DNA of 64,000 nucleotides from contig NC_092678.1 of NCBI RefSeq assembly GCF_964355755.1, positions 25,747,365 to 25,811,364 on the forward strand. The letters run 5' to 3'. Position numbers and translations under genes: made by a program. The stretch is from Antedon mediterranea. Taxonomy: Eukaryota > Animalia > Echinodermata. Below are positions 13,701 through 28,700 of the stretch, piece after piece; positions within the stretch are counted from its first letter, which is position 1; each line of letters begins with the position of its first letter. A model generated the notes under the pieces. It did not search any database. It was not told the DNA's origin and worked only from the letters and a program-made list of their open reading frames with translations.

Positions 13701-16700
13701 AACTTATTACTTTAATTATCTCCATGTATCAATGTTTAATCATGTTACCAATACTTTGCCTAGGTGGAATTGACGAACCTGTGAAAGTGACCGACAACGG
13801 TGATGGTACATTCACTTGTACATACAGTCCATTCAAGCCTGGACGTTACATCGTCCACATTACCTACGGCAAGGAACACATTCCTAAGAGCCCCTTTACT
13901 GTCCACATTTCACCAGAAGCCCAAGGACAAATTAAGAATGTCCGTGCATTTGGCCCAGGGCTAGAAAGAGGTGTGGCTGGAAAGCCATGCACGTTTACAG
14001 TGGAGACAAATGGCGCCAACGGAGCTTTAGGTGAGACTTGATTTTTAAATAATGTTTAAAATAATACTGTACAACTGAATCCAATTGTTATGACAACAAA
14101 CATGTGTTGTCTTTATATGCTTACTGATTTTTATTTATTTAAAACAATAAGTAGTTTGAACCATGTAAACCAAACATGTGTTGTCTTTATATGCTTACTG
14201 ATTTTTATTTATTTAAAACAATAAGTAGTTTGAACCATGTAAACCAAACATGGGTTGTCTTTATATGCTTACTGATTTTTATTTATTTAAAACAATAAGT
14301 AGTTTGAACCATGTAAACCAAACATGGGTTGTCTTTATATGCTTACTGATTTTTATTTATTTAAAACAATAAGTAGTTTGGACCATGTAAACCATACTTT
14401 CTAAGAAATTAATCATCATCATGACCACAAAAATAAATAATTACGTGTCATGTCAAAAAGGTCACCACTCCTTCCAAGAAATGAACATTATCCGTCCATA
14501 AATGACTCCTTTGGGGTGGTAATAAATGTAGGGATTGTTATGGCATACTGATTTTAATCCAGGAAGTAACCTATGAATGTAACCACGTCATACCTGAGCC
14601 CTATCCTGTATACTAAAACCTACTTTATTGAAATTCCATTCCTATGACATCACAGGATTTATTGTTTCACAATGGTGTCACCTATAATAAGAACCCAGCC
14701 CATATCATGTTCCTTTTGGCTGTATGTACTTTACTTGGTAAAATGCTAGTAGCAAAAAGATGATTCATGGCGTCTGTATCTTTATCCCTAACCAACGCCC
14801 ACACGCCAAAAACAAGTTATGAGAATGTTATTCAATCTGGTTTGATTGATGGCCTAATAAAGTTGTATTGAATTCACCTATTTATCTCCTGACTGTCTTG
14901 AGAGGTACCGATTGGGAATTTCATTTCTGGGTTCAATGGTTTATGCTTAATTGTTCAAAGCTTGAGACATGAAAGAAGAGAAGATCATAAACCAAATACC
15001 TCACCCTCCTTCCTGTCTCGCATCACATTGTCACAATTTTGTAACAGTTATGAACATTTTTTATCAACTTTTAGGTTTTGCCATTGAGGGGCCTTCTGAG
15101 GCTGAAATCCAGTGCGTAGATAATGGAGATGGGTCATGCGAGGTCACCTACTACCCAAAAGTCCCTGGAGAATATGCCATCCATGTCACATTTGATGAGG
15201 AAGACATTGAAAACAGTCCATATATGGCAAAGATTACACCGGACACTAATGACTTTGATGCCGGAAAGGTAGGGACAATACAGCATTATTTAAAATTATA
15301 TTGTAGTTGGTAGAAACATGGCACATTGCAGTGATCTCTAAATAAATTAAGGCAGGGGCGCCGTTTACCTTACCTGTATTAGAAACATGGCATGTTGCAT
15401 TGAATTGATCTCTAAATAACACTAATTACATTCATGTGTACCCGTAGGTCACTGCTTCGGGACCCGGTATACAACCCGAAGGTCACGTAATGAACGAGAA
15501 GACCGAGTTTACAGTTGACGCTCGTGCTCCAGGATGCGGAAGAGCGGAACTTGAGATTATGATATTCGATCAGCTCGGTAACAAAGTTGAACCAATCGTG
15601 CGTGACAATAAGAACGGAACATGGACCGTGAGCTACACACCCACCAACCCACTCAAACACACTGTGTCTGTCACATGGGGCAAAGTGTCCATCCCCAAGA
15701 GTCCTTTCAGGGTAAGTCATTTCGTACATTGATTTCCCTGTTAAAATAAAACTTTCTGTATCTTTAGTATTAAATAAATCTGTAAAGCGCTACCTATTAG
15801 CCATTTAAACAACATAACTTTGTTATGCTCAATATTTTATCTCTATCTATATTTATTTTATTGTTTATTGATTTATTTTTCTTTTCATGTATTATACATA
15901 TATGTATTGTAGGGGCAGTCATGAGACAAGCTTTTGCTTCTAGTGCGGGCCCCAGTTATGTGTATGTATCCGAACAGTTTCTAATAATTTTTCTTGTATA
16001 GATTACAATTGGAGCAGGTGCTGGTGGTGTTAAGCTGTATGGACCTGGCCTGGAAAGCGGCAATGTGAAGTCAAAAGAACCAACTGAGTTTACTGTTGAT
16101 TGTGAAGAAGCAGGAAAAGGTACATTTAGAAAATAAAACAGTTTACGTTAATTTGAAATCTGTTACTGTTCTTGTAGCCGCCTTCTTAAGAGACATGGCT
16201 GTCATTTTGAAATCATAACAACTATGTTTGTATTGTTATTTTAGGACCGATCCAAGTAAAATGCACGTCTGCTAAGGGTGTAAATGCTAACACAGAAACA
16301 CCGATCAAATGCGATGTTATTGACAACAAGGATGGCACTTACACGGTTCACTACACACCACAGAAGCCGGGCAACTACATTGTAGAGGTCAAGTTTAAGG
16401 GCAAGGAGATCCCATTGAGTCCAATCAGTGTCCTTGTTGTACCTACAGTAGATGTTAGTAAGATTACAATCGACGGACTTCAAGAACGTAAGTATTGTTT
16501 TTATAGTATGCTAGTTTAAATATTTTGTACAATATTGTAATTGTTTTGAATTATTACATTGGAAATATAAATTTTATTTAAAAATATTTGAATAATTAAT
16601 GTCTTTTATTATGTGTAACTTGAATCTGTATTTGGAGTGTTCTCTTTTATGAATTTTATTAAACTAAAATTCTGAAGTGTTGTTTGTTTACAAAATATTG

Positions 16701-19700
16701 TCTAACTTTGAACTCTTTCCTTCTGTAAACAATATGGCTGCAGGCAGTTTCTATGGATACCATGACAAAATGGATGCGTGTGTGACATTTGCTGTGTTAC
16801 TGTAGTCCAGTAAAGCATGATAATCATTTTGAGATCCAAATTTTGAAATCCTAATTCATGACATCTAACTCAGAATGTGTTTGTGTTTCTAATGTTATTC
16901 TTTGACATTAATTATGTTGTTTTTTCTGCATGTTAATTTTTGTGTGATTTTTTTTTTATAATACATAGCAATACAAGTAGGAAAAGAACATACATTTATG
17001 GTGAATACTGCCCCAGCTGGTCCAGGGGATCTTGAGGGTGAAATGACAAGCCCATCCGGCAGGAAGTTGCCAATAACAATAACGCAAACACCTCGAGGTC
17101 ACGCTGTAAAATTCACACCAGAAGAAGAAGGCCAGCATGTTGTTGGTCTAACATACGCAGACGTTCCACTAACAAGACAAGCTTTCATAGTCCAACCTAA
17201 GACAGACGCTGGTAAAGTAATAGCTAAAGGAAAAGGACTAAAGGGTGGTCCAATCAACGAACCTGCTCGCTTTAGTATTGATACCAGAAAGGCTGGTATT
17301 GGAGGCTTAAACTTGACCGTAGAAGGACCAACAGAGGCGGTGATTAAGTGCGATGATAATGGTGACGGAACCTGCAAGGTAACGTACACCCCAAATTCTA
17401 TTGGAACTTACAAGATCAATGTACTCTACGCCGACAAACACATTCCAGGATCACCATTTGATGCAAAAGTGTTTGATCCCTCAAAGGTGAAAGCACATGG
17501 CCCTGGTCTAGAACCAGCCAAGACTTTTGCCACGTGCCCATGCACTTTCAAAGTGGATGCGCGTGATGCCGGAGAACCACCAATCAAAGCACAGAAGTTA
17601 TCTCCCGAAGAGTCATCCTATGGACCACTCAACGGAGATGATTTAGAAGTTAACGAACCAATGATTGGTGCGACCAAAAAAGGACCTGGAGAGTTTTCAA
17701 TTCAATGGCCAAATGAGCCTAATGCGGTGAATGAAGATCCAGTAAAAATGGACAGAGTTTTGCCGGCGCGATCCGCTCCAGGAAAAGAGAACGGCATCGG
17801 AGAAGATCCCTTTAATGACTTTCACACCCCTCATTCCAGTTCTCCACTAAACGATAAAGATAAAGCAGTGGCTGAAGACTTAATTGAATCTACCCAAATG
17901 AAACCTAAACAGTTTTCACACAAATGGGACGACGACGATAAACCAGTAACGGAAGAACCAATCTCAGCGGGTAAACAAAAACCAACTCTTTCACGAAAAC
18001 TAAGTCCTCTTGATGATTTCCCAGTGCTTGAGGATTCTTTAACTGCTGAAAGAGTTCTTCCAGTTGAATGTAACGCCGTCGGACCAGACGGTAAACCACT
18101 CGATGTCGACGTCAAAGACAACGGCGATGGAACATACGACGTCACATATGTGCCAACAGAAGAAGGTCCAGTTGATTTAGATGTCAAATTTGGCGACCAA
18201 TCTATTCCGAATTTTCCACGCAAATCTAAAGTTGGATCTCCACTTGATGTTAGTGACGTGGATGTATACGGCCACGGTGTTGAACCGGGTAAAGTACACG
18301 TATGATATTGTCATGCCTGACTAAACACCATGTCTTCTCAACTCTATCTCTATATTCTACTATTCTCTAATGCTTATTGGTGAAGGATCACACAAAGCAA
18401 CACATAGCTACATTTTATTCAATGTTTTGCACACTGCACTGAAGTACCAATTGTTTTACCAGCACACCCCACCCTCTTGCCTCCCAATAAACACGCTGCA
18501 CATTTTAATCAGAACTGTCCCTTTAACTTGTACTGTTACACTTGTGACTGTACAGTTAAACTTTAAAGCTATCCTATTGCAATGGTTCTCCCAGCTATAA
18601 CACACCAAACAAAAATAGCAAAGCAGGCTGCCTTTGCTGGAAGGAATAAATTATTCTGGCAAGCCTCAAAGTAAAACCAATGCTGCAACACATATCCACA
18701 GCTTATCATGCTTATAACATATTTAATTTTGAAATTTTTTGTTTATTAATCATAATTTTGTTTTTGTTATAGCCTAATTTCATTTTTGTTTCAAACACAC
18801 ATTAATAATTCATTTTTCATATTGTTTATGACACAAGTGTTCCACCAAATATCTATTTAACCATAAAATGCATCTGTAAAAATTTAAAATACTTAATCAA
18901 TTGTGTAGTACCACCATTAATGTATTAGCTTATTTCCCCAATCATGATTCTGTGTAATCTGTCTATATGCATGTTTAATGTAAATCCATTCATACCATGT
19001 GACCTAATCCAGTCTAACCAATCAGATGAATTAACATCATGAATATTCATTTTGCATGTTGCATATTTATGACATTAGTAAAAAGACATTGTTGATTGGC
19101 TGAATTGACATGGTAATCAATTATAGTAATACATGTTCAAACTTTCCAAAATCTGTTGTAGAATATTAATGTTTAATGCATAAAATATTGACTTGAATGT
19201 TGAATGTACTCTTCACTAAAACAAAATGTTATCAACACACCATTTTGACATCATCATTATTGTCAACTAATGTTGTGTTTTATTACAATATACAGAGGTG
19301 TTTGTAGGCTGCCCAACTGAATTCACAGTCAATGCAAAGCCAGTTGGACCACAGGCCAACCAGTTGAAGGATCTTATTGACTGTACTCTGCAATCACCCA
19401 GTGGAACTCCAATTAAACCTGTCATCACTGATAACAAAGATGGCACCTATAAAGCTGAATACACACCCGTGGAAGAAGGCCCTCACAAACTGGATGTGAA
19501 GGTTGCCGGGAAACCAGTTGGAAAGTCTCCATACAACATTGGTTCAAAGAAAGGATGTGATCCAAGCAAGGTGAAGGCCTACGGACCAGGTCTGGAGACT
19601 GGATTGACCGACAAGCCAGCTACGTTTACAATTGAAACCAAAGGAGCTGGTCAAGGTGGCCTAGGAATAGCAATTGAAGGTCCTTGCGAGGCAGAGATGA

Positions 19701-22700
19701 AATGTGTTGATAACAATGATGGTAGCTGTACAGTTGAGTACATGCCAACAAAACCAGGAGAATATGACGTACACGTTACCTTTGCTGATGCTCCTATTCC
19801 AGGTACTTTATCTGCCTCAACATTTGAATTAGGCTATACAGAAACTTATTAGGAATTGTCATTTTCCAAACATCATTAGTTTAATTGTTTTTAAATATTT
19901 GTGTTTTGTAAATTAGGAAGTCCATTCAAGCCTGTTATTAAGGATGTAGTTGACCCATCAAAGGTGGTAGTAAGTGGTCCTGGTGTTAGCCCAACTGGTG
20001 TGCGTGCCAACATCCCAGCACCCTTCCATGTTGATACCACTAAAGCAGGCCAAGCACCTTTGGAATGCACCATCTTACCAGAAAGAGGTAAATTTATACT
20101 TAATATGTATTAAGTATATAATAAGTCTGAATGTGCATGTTGATATCAAAGGTCCTGAATATTATGTTTGCACCTACTGTTTAGAATAGCATATTGTTTA
20201 TTATGTTGTGTATTATTGGTTGTACATTTAATTCTTTATCTGATATAAAAGGGCCAGTTAAAACTTATTTTAATCAGGTCAGTTGGTTCATGAGCGCTGA
20301 TTTTGGTTGGAAGGAACCAACTTAGCAGGTTAAATAACTCAACATGAACAGGCTCTTGGGCTCCCTAATCAATTATCAATGATGTTGCAAAATATTACCA
20401 ATAAATGTTAAGAAATGGTTCAAATTTTAGGTAAAATATTAAGTATACCTGTTACTAATGTCAGTGTTTGTTTCAGCTCCTAAAGAGAATGCTCAGGTGT
20501 GTGATAACCAGGATGGTACATTTGATTGTAGCTACGTTCCTAAGAATGAGGGATGTAAATGTGCTGTAGAAGTTAAATATGCTGGAAAGCATGTTCCTGG
20601 AAGGTTAGTTTAAATAACAACCAAAACATTTATTCATTATTTTTCACTAGATTATGTTTCTCATAATGCATTTAATTTTTTATCATGTCATTTACTGCTG
20701 TCGCATTAAGCTCTGTCCACACTATCATACTAGTTTGACCAACAAAAAATGTAATGTGCCCAAATATGATAGTGATATGTCCAAATATAGTAATGAAATG
20801 GCATAATTATGTCCATAATGGGCACATCACATTTGTTGTCGCATAAAGCTTAAAACTATTGATACTGCTGCACATACAGAGATAGATACGATCTACTTGT
20901 CAGTTCTGGATATGCTATTGTACAATGAATCTATCATTTCTTGCAGCCCATTCAACACCAAAGTGCTACCTCAATTTGATGCTAGCAAAGTGAAAGTAGG
21001 AGGAGCTGGTGTTCAGCCTACAGGGGTGTTGGCTAGCTTCCCTGTGGAGTTTGTCATTGACACCTCAGATGCAGGTGAAGCCCCATTAGCTATATCTATT
21101 GTTGTAAGTATACATCCGTTTTATTACACATTAACATGCAGAGCTTTTTATTTATTTATTTACCATCTTTAAAGGTGATCACCCGTTTCATTTAAAAGAA
21201 CTGATATTAAGATCCGCTGTTAAGAGAAGTCGTATGCATAAAAAGGTGCAACAACCTGTAATGTGAATTTTGTTTTGTTTTATTTATTTACAATCTTTAA
21301 AGGGGATCACCCGTTTCATTAAAAATGAACTGATATTAAGATTCTCTGTAAAGAGAGAGGATCTATTATATGTGACCCTTGATGGGGGAAAGAATTTGTA
21401 CAGCAATTAAGTTTGCTTCTGTTTAATCCTGTCGCCGTCTTGGGTTTTGTTTATTTGTTTTGTTTTATCATGTTTTAATTGACGAAATAAATGAAATGAG
21501 TTGTATGCATAGAAAGGTGCTGCCACCTGTAATGTAAATTTTGTATTGTTTAGGATCCTAATGGCAAGCCAGTAAAACCAACCATTGTTGACAATGGTGA
21601 TGGTACCTATTCAGTTTCCTACACACCAAAAGATATTGGTCCCTACACCATCCTCATCACCTTTGGTGGTAACAAGGTACCAGGAGCACCATTCAATGTA
21701 GCTGTGTCACCAACCGGTGATGCTTCTAAGTGTCGCATTGTGGGTAAGTCATCATTGCATTACATTTCTATTGCTGTCCCAAAAGTGGAATAGCCATTAG
21801 CAGAATAATATAATTATGTTGCCCTGAACCCTTGGCAAGGCGAGCTAACAGGAGCTGTAACCAGTAGATATGTACATCATTTTTAAGTGCAATAGCCTGG
21901 TCGCAAACTTTCGGCAACCTGACTAGAATTACGATATACTGTCAACTTGAATCCACATAGCCAGTAGGAGCTGTGACCAGTAGGTGACTCTGTAAAACAA
22001 TTGAAAGTGCTAAACTGGCCATCATTAGCACCCACATTCACCGTCACGACACCCGTCACGACACCCGTCTTGAAGCACTACGCAATGTATTAGTATGATA
22101 ATGTGTAATTTATTATTTAAAATTAAACAATGCAACAATTTATTGAATTAAGTCCTATATTCACAATGCTAATTCTTATATTTGATTATGACTACATTTG
22201 TGCATGAACCATTAACAAATGTTTCTTCCTTCAAAACCATTATCAATCACAAACAGGATGTAAAAGCGGTGGCCTTGATATTCCAGTTAAAAATGGTAAG
22301 AAATGGTTTTGTACACGTCACCCACTGCTTCATCAACTATGCTTGGAATATTCATATAAATAGCTTATGTATATTGTATATTGTGCAATATATATATTAT
22401 AGTAGTACTGTATGTAGAGAGAGGAGAATATTGTAGAGAAGTGCATACAACAGTTAGATGTCCATGTTTAAATTACATCTAGATAAACCAGTGTTGTATG
22501 TCATTATTATACAGTATAATCCTAATTCATCCATGGTATAATCATATACCTATTGTACTTAAAATTAGTACTTTCCAATATTCTCCTCTTTATATAATCA
22601 TTAAGCCTTGTCTACATTATCAAACTTTATGTGACAAAAAAATGTGATGTGCCCATATATGGACATGATGGATATGATGATGTCATATCACTACCATATT

Positions 22701-25700
22701 TGGGCACATCACACTTTTTTTGTCAAACTAGTTTGATAGTGTAGACAGAGCTTTGTTGTATAGCTTTAGTAAAATTCTGCTATCTTTCTCTTGCACTCTA
22801 CCACCACACCAGGTGTACAAAGTGGTCCATATGAGATACCTGTGCGACGCCAAAGCGTTAGCTCTGAGAGCACAACTACTACACGTACTACCACCACACG
22901 TACAACTACCACAAGTAAGGGGTGTGAAAACCTTTGCCATCCTCCCCTCTTAACTTTAATCATTTTGCAAGATTTATGTTGGTTGATGTGTTTTTTATTG
23001 TTAACTATATAAATTAAATTTTTTAAATCCAAATTTGTAAATTGTGTATCATAATGTTATTAAATCCTGAAGAACAATTTAATTTTGGGGAGGATTGGCT
23101 AGATAATGTTTTCCCTCTGCATGTCACATGATTGATTACAACCAATTGTCTTCTTTGAATTAATTACCCAATCATATGCATCCAATTTTGATATCCTTAT
23201 TTGGTCTTGTTTAAGTACATAATTACTTGTTTTTAATCATTCACAAACTTTCTTATAACTTTTTGTTTTCTAACTTTCATTTATGATTTAACATTTTAAA
23301 TATTTACTTTTTTTATGTTCATTATTCATTACTATAATTTCATGCTTGTTCTTCACTCCTAATATATAAATGTTTAAAACCGCTATAAACGCAATTTGTT
23401 TTTATGTAGTTGGTTTAGTTTTCGCCAACAAAGGCAGACTGCTTGGTTTGTTTGTGTCAGGTAAACATATGCATGCAATCTAGGATACGCTTGCTGCTGC
23501 ATTTAAAGTTATTGATTGCATTGTAGCTAAAAATTGACGGTGACTCACTTAATTTGTTCGTGCCAATTTGGGACTTGGTAGCTAAATGAATCTAAGATTG
23601 GAAAAGACAAAAGTCAATTGTACACTTGTATTTGCTTGTTGCATGATTGTATAATACATTTTATTTTCATTAATAATTGCACATTTCTGATGACTTGTTA
23701 AATTTTAAAATATTAAATATTATTATTATTATTTCCTGGAGTTTGCGTTTTATGTTTTTACATATTGCTAATAATGCAATGTATTTGAAACTTTTTAGTT
23801 GGTAAATGTAGTGGTTTTGTTGAGATGTTTGCACTAAATGCATATCAGGCTTGTTTTGTTTTACTGGTAATATTTCTTTGGGTTATTTGTCCTAAACCCC
23901 GAACAGTTTATTTCTGTACTTTCATTCTGAAAGACCGATTTTCAACCAACATCAGTTGATTATCATGATTTATCATTGTTGGCTGGTTTGATTAAATTAA
24001 AGAAATATTACCAAAGTTTATAATAATAATGTGGTTGAAATCAAAATGTTTATCAAGACTTGAATATTTTAATAGGAGAGACGATCACAAAGACTGTAGT
24101 AGTAGAAGAAGAAACAGTTATCAAGATCAACTCGGAAGATGCTGGACGTGGAATGGTCACTTGCGCCATCGTAGGACCAGATGATGCGGAAATTGAAGAT
24201 GTCCAAGTCATCGATAACGGAGACGGTACCTTTGACATCGTCTGGACATGTCCAATGCCTGGACGATACAACTTGGACATGAAGTTTGGCGGTATGCCAA
24301 TTACAGGAGGCCCATTGTCTGTCGGGGTAAGTCTTAAATCTTTTGTTTTAATGAAATTGATATTATTAATTGAATAAAGAATGCCCTGCAATGTAGTACG
24401 CATTAAACAAAATACAATAAATGACATAAATAAAACATTCATATTTGTCAGTGCAAATGTAATTTAGTTAAGTAGCATCAATACATTAATGTGCTGTGCA
24501 TGTACTACTATTATAACATTAATTCATGTTGAATGAAACCGAATGTAATTCATACACATAAATTGTGTCAAATTGCTTTTAAGTTGATATGTAAAACTAC
24601 ATTAATGAATTAACTAGATTTATGGAGTTGTTATAGCGGACTTTAATGGAACTAAAATGAGTATGCAACTTTAGTAGTGAAGAACTAATTAATAATCCAG
24701 TCTAATATGCCCTTAATTTGTTTCAGTAATTATTTTTTGTATCATAAAAAAAATAATTATTAATTATATCAAGGTTGTATTTTGTGTATGTAATTTTAAG
24801 TTAGTTCATGAATACAACATCCTTAATTTATTTCAGTCAATATTTTTAGTATTATAAAAAAAGAAATTATTAATTACAATATTCAATACAAATTATCAAA
24901 ATTATTCAATTCATTTGTTTCAACCAAATCAAATTGTAAGTTTAGTCCATGAATACAACATCAAAACAACAATGATAGTACAAAAGCTTGTATACTACAC
25001 CTCTCTCCATATATGGTAGTTGTGTAACATCTTGGTTGTCCATAGGGATATGTCTGATGTATTAGGTTCCAGTGTCTTGACATTATATTAACCTGATCTG
25101 TGTCATAATCAACACCTTAATTAAGTACCGATTAATCTTTAATTGGTCAAAGTTTGTTTAAGTCGAGTCAAAGCCCCTGGCACGTGCCTCCAGTACACAA
25201 AATTTGTTTTTCTAAGAAAGTGATAAAAAAAATGAACATTGATTTAATGAACTTAGAATAATGTTTAGTTTGCTGAGCTGTCTAGTTGAGTAACGAATAG
25301 CATTACTAATATTTAGTTTGCTGAGCTGTCTAGTTGAATAACGAATAGCATTACTAATGTTTAGTTTGCCGAGCTGTCTAGTTGAATAACGAATAGCATT
25401 ACTAATGTTTAGTTTGCTGAGCTGTCTAGTTGAATAACGAGTAGCATTACTAATGTTTAGTTTGCTGAGCTGTCTAGTTGAATAACGAATAGCATTACTA
25501 ATGTTTAGTTTTCTGAGATGTCTAGTTGAATAACGAATAGCATTACGATTTTGAACAAATGTCAAATTTTTTCAAAATGATGCTGGATTGTTATAATATA
25601 TTTTAGCACAAAATGTTTTGCTTTTACCTTTATAATATGAGCGAGTGATGTGAAATCAATTTTATAATAAACTTAATTCTTTGATATTTAACTGCTGCTG

Positions 25701-28700
25701 AGCAATGAACAATAATATTATATTCTTACATCAGCAGGCAAAACAAACCAGAAATGCGTTGTCAAATAATTGTTATTAGTTTAACAGCAGTGTGCTTGTT
25801 AGCATTACTCCCTCCTACCACACTCACCTCTTAATAGGTGTAAACAAGGTACTAGTAGTCTAGGGTTATCATACTCCTAATGTGTAAATTAACCGTGACA
25901 GATTGAAATTCTTTCTTGAAATTAGTAGTGGTGAACCATCATTAAGTCTGTCGTCCGTCAACATCTCTTTCAATAACTGTGCGTCTCCAATTATCGTTGT
26001 GTCGCAAACCTTATAGGGATCTCTGCCCTCTCTGTTTTATTTTCAGCGCTTATGAATTTATAAACTCCTCTTAGTGATTTATGTTCTTAGATATGTATAT
26101 GTTTTTATGACTATGGATATTGAGTAGCCTTTTGTAGATAGCAGCCACACAAATTTATACAGAAAATCGTATGCTAGTATTGGTACCTGGAAAGGTAAAT
26201 CACAAGATATAATGATGAAGGATCAGATAAAGTTAATAAATTCAAAATTTTACTTTCCTTGCAAATTTTTTTCTTTATTAGCAAAAAAATACAAATATAC
26301 ACAATCTGAGAAGGCAAGGAATAACCACAGTTTAAAATAAAACTTTGACCCACCGGCTGGTTACTCCATCACAGAGGGTTGTAAATATGCATGTAATTTG
26401 TTGAACAATAAACTTAATATGTAACATAAACTTTGTCAAATTAACCTTAATTAAAACAACTTGTTAAACTTCAATCAAATTAAATTACAGTCTATTACTT
26501 GTTTGATTAGCGCCACCCGCTAAAGCAACCGTAGGTTTTAACAGGCCAGGTACGGTACCAGTTAACTGCTTCCGGAATTTCCCCTTTAAAACCGCTAACT
26601 CTATACTGCTGGCATTCCATTGGCTATTAGAGTCTTTTAAACACATTTTGGCATTTGAGCTATGTCCAGGATGACTATACTACACCACCATTTAAGGCTA
26701 CAAGCCTAGAACTATGGAGCTAGGCCGCCAGGGGCTGATGAAAGCACGACATAGTCAGGGTGTAAACTGATATGCTAACTACATCATCTTCCAGTCATTA
26801 CAACCAGTAGGGGGCTAAACTTCTCAAATTTAATCTCAACTATTATGTTTTTTTTAATGTTTATTATTGTTTGATTATGCATTGTATGATGAAAACAAAG
26901 TACTTATATGAATGTGTATCTTAGTTATTATTGTGTTTATTAATTTGTCAATAATGATCAATCAAGCGTTTAATTTTAAATAAACATGATTGACGTTTAG
27001 ATTGACAGATAACCTGGTACAGGTGACTAATTGATGGTATCTCCACAATTATAATTGACAATCTGATAAGATAATTATGTCAATCATTGGTTGCTAAGTT
27101 ACAACCTGAATAACTATCCTCCCATTTGTTTCCTGAAATTTCCCAAGTACTGGACTTCATTTATAATTAGTTATAGCTAAGCCATAGCTCTTGTAAACAT
27201 AATTACAATGATGTAATTAAATTTTCCTAAAAACACAGTGCTCTTTAACTTATATAGTGATATTATACCAAATGTTGACCTCTTTCAATTACAGTTGAGG
27301 TGATATTTTTAATTGTTGGGATGTAATTGTAAGCGGTCTTTAATTTGACCTACAATTCCATGATGATTTATGTTGGAACAAAATCTAGTCCCCATGCAGT
27401 AATGATCCTACTTATAAATGTCTATAATTAGGATATCAGGACATTGCACAAATGCTGGACTATTAATTAACCATGGTTATTTTTAGCTTGTGCATGCAGG
27501 CCGTAAGATCACGAAGTACTTCAGGATCTTTACCGTTACAAACAAAACGCCCCGTGATTTATAGTCACCAATTTTTACCGCTTTGTCTACTATCATTTAT
27601 TATTAGTTATGCAACTGGTTATTTTCAACAAACTGAAAGTTTTTTATTGGGACTGTTCCATTATATATTAGGGGTTATTTAATTGAAGTTTTTTTGTGAT
27701 AAATAACTCCTTAGCATTAATGAAATACCGTGGTAGTATAGCGTTACAACAGAACTTGTGTATGCCCTTACCTGCTATGAAAAGACATAGGACATATTTG
27801 GCTTGACAAGTAAGCAAGCAGTTAGCGATGATGTCATAGAATTGACTTTCTCTGTTTATTGGTTGGATCTTGTCTCATCGTTCGAAACCTTCATCCGAAA
27901 AAACGCCATGCAGGTGTGGTGCCAGGTCAAGTCCTGTCTCTTTTCTGGGTAATTTATTGGAATTTATTCTTGTTGAAGATTTGCCCACAAGATTTTAAAA
28001 CTTGTCAACGGATTTCATTGTTGTGGACATTTTATTACGGATAAGTGAGAGATTATTAACCAAATCTTAAAAACAATTGAACAATAATTTGTTTATTTTG
28101 ACAGGTAAGATAATTTATGCTTATGTGATACAAGATAGAATTACTTTTTAAAATCATCTTTTTATGTTTTTTATGTTTTAGTCTTTTTAGAATTTATGTA
28201 ATTTTTTTTTTAATGTAGTGCGAAATATAATGCTTTAAATTTTAACATTAACATTTTAGCTTCCGATTTCTACCCTCTTTCCTGTTTAACATTACTGTAA
28301 ATTACAATACAAAGTTTTCTTAAAGATTGGAAAATTAAATTGCAATAGATTTTCACCCAAATAATTACATTTATTTATTTGTTATTTATTTATACTGGGT
28401 TCAATGTCAGTCAAATAAGTAATCAAAATTAAAAGATTGTAGTGCATTTTTTTAATCCAAACATTTCTATAAATACACGTCACGTTGTATTAATGGATAC
28501 GTGTGTACATCTGTAGTCATTTTAATGGTCTCTGCTGACAGCTACTTAATGTTGTCAACACATGTTGTATATTGTTTACTTTTTAGTTTTTAAGAGCAGA
28601 CTACCTTTATATTTATAGTACTGTACTTTTAGCTTTGAGTAACCAAAGCTATTCAGATTGTTTAGCATAATGAGACTGTTGGATATCTAGTTACTATAGC

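Noticed and set aside
16969-18288. Large exon as an internal duplication of the following exons
   Set aside because: Its repeats match the normal Ig8-9-10 order; similarity to Ig11-13 is ordinary inter-repeat homology.
25212-25565. 117-aa repetitive minus-strand ORF
   Set aside because: Translation of the 48-bp intronic repeat.
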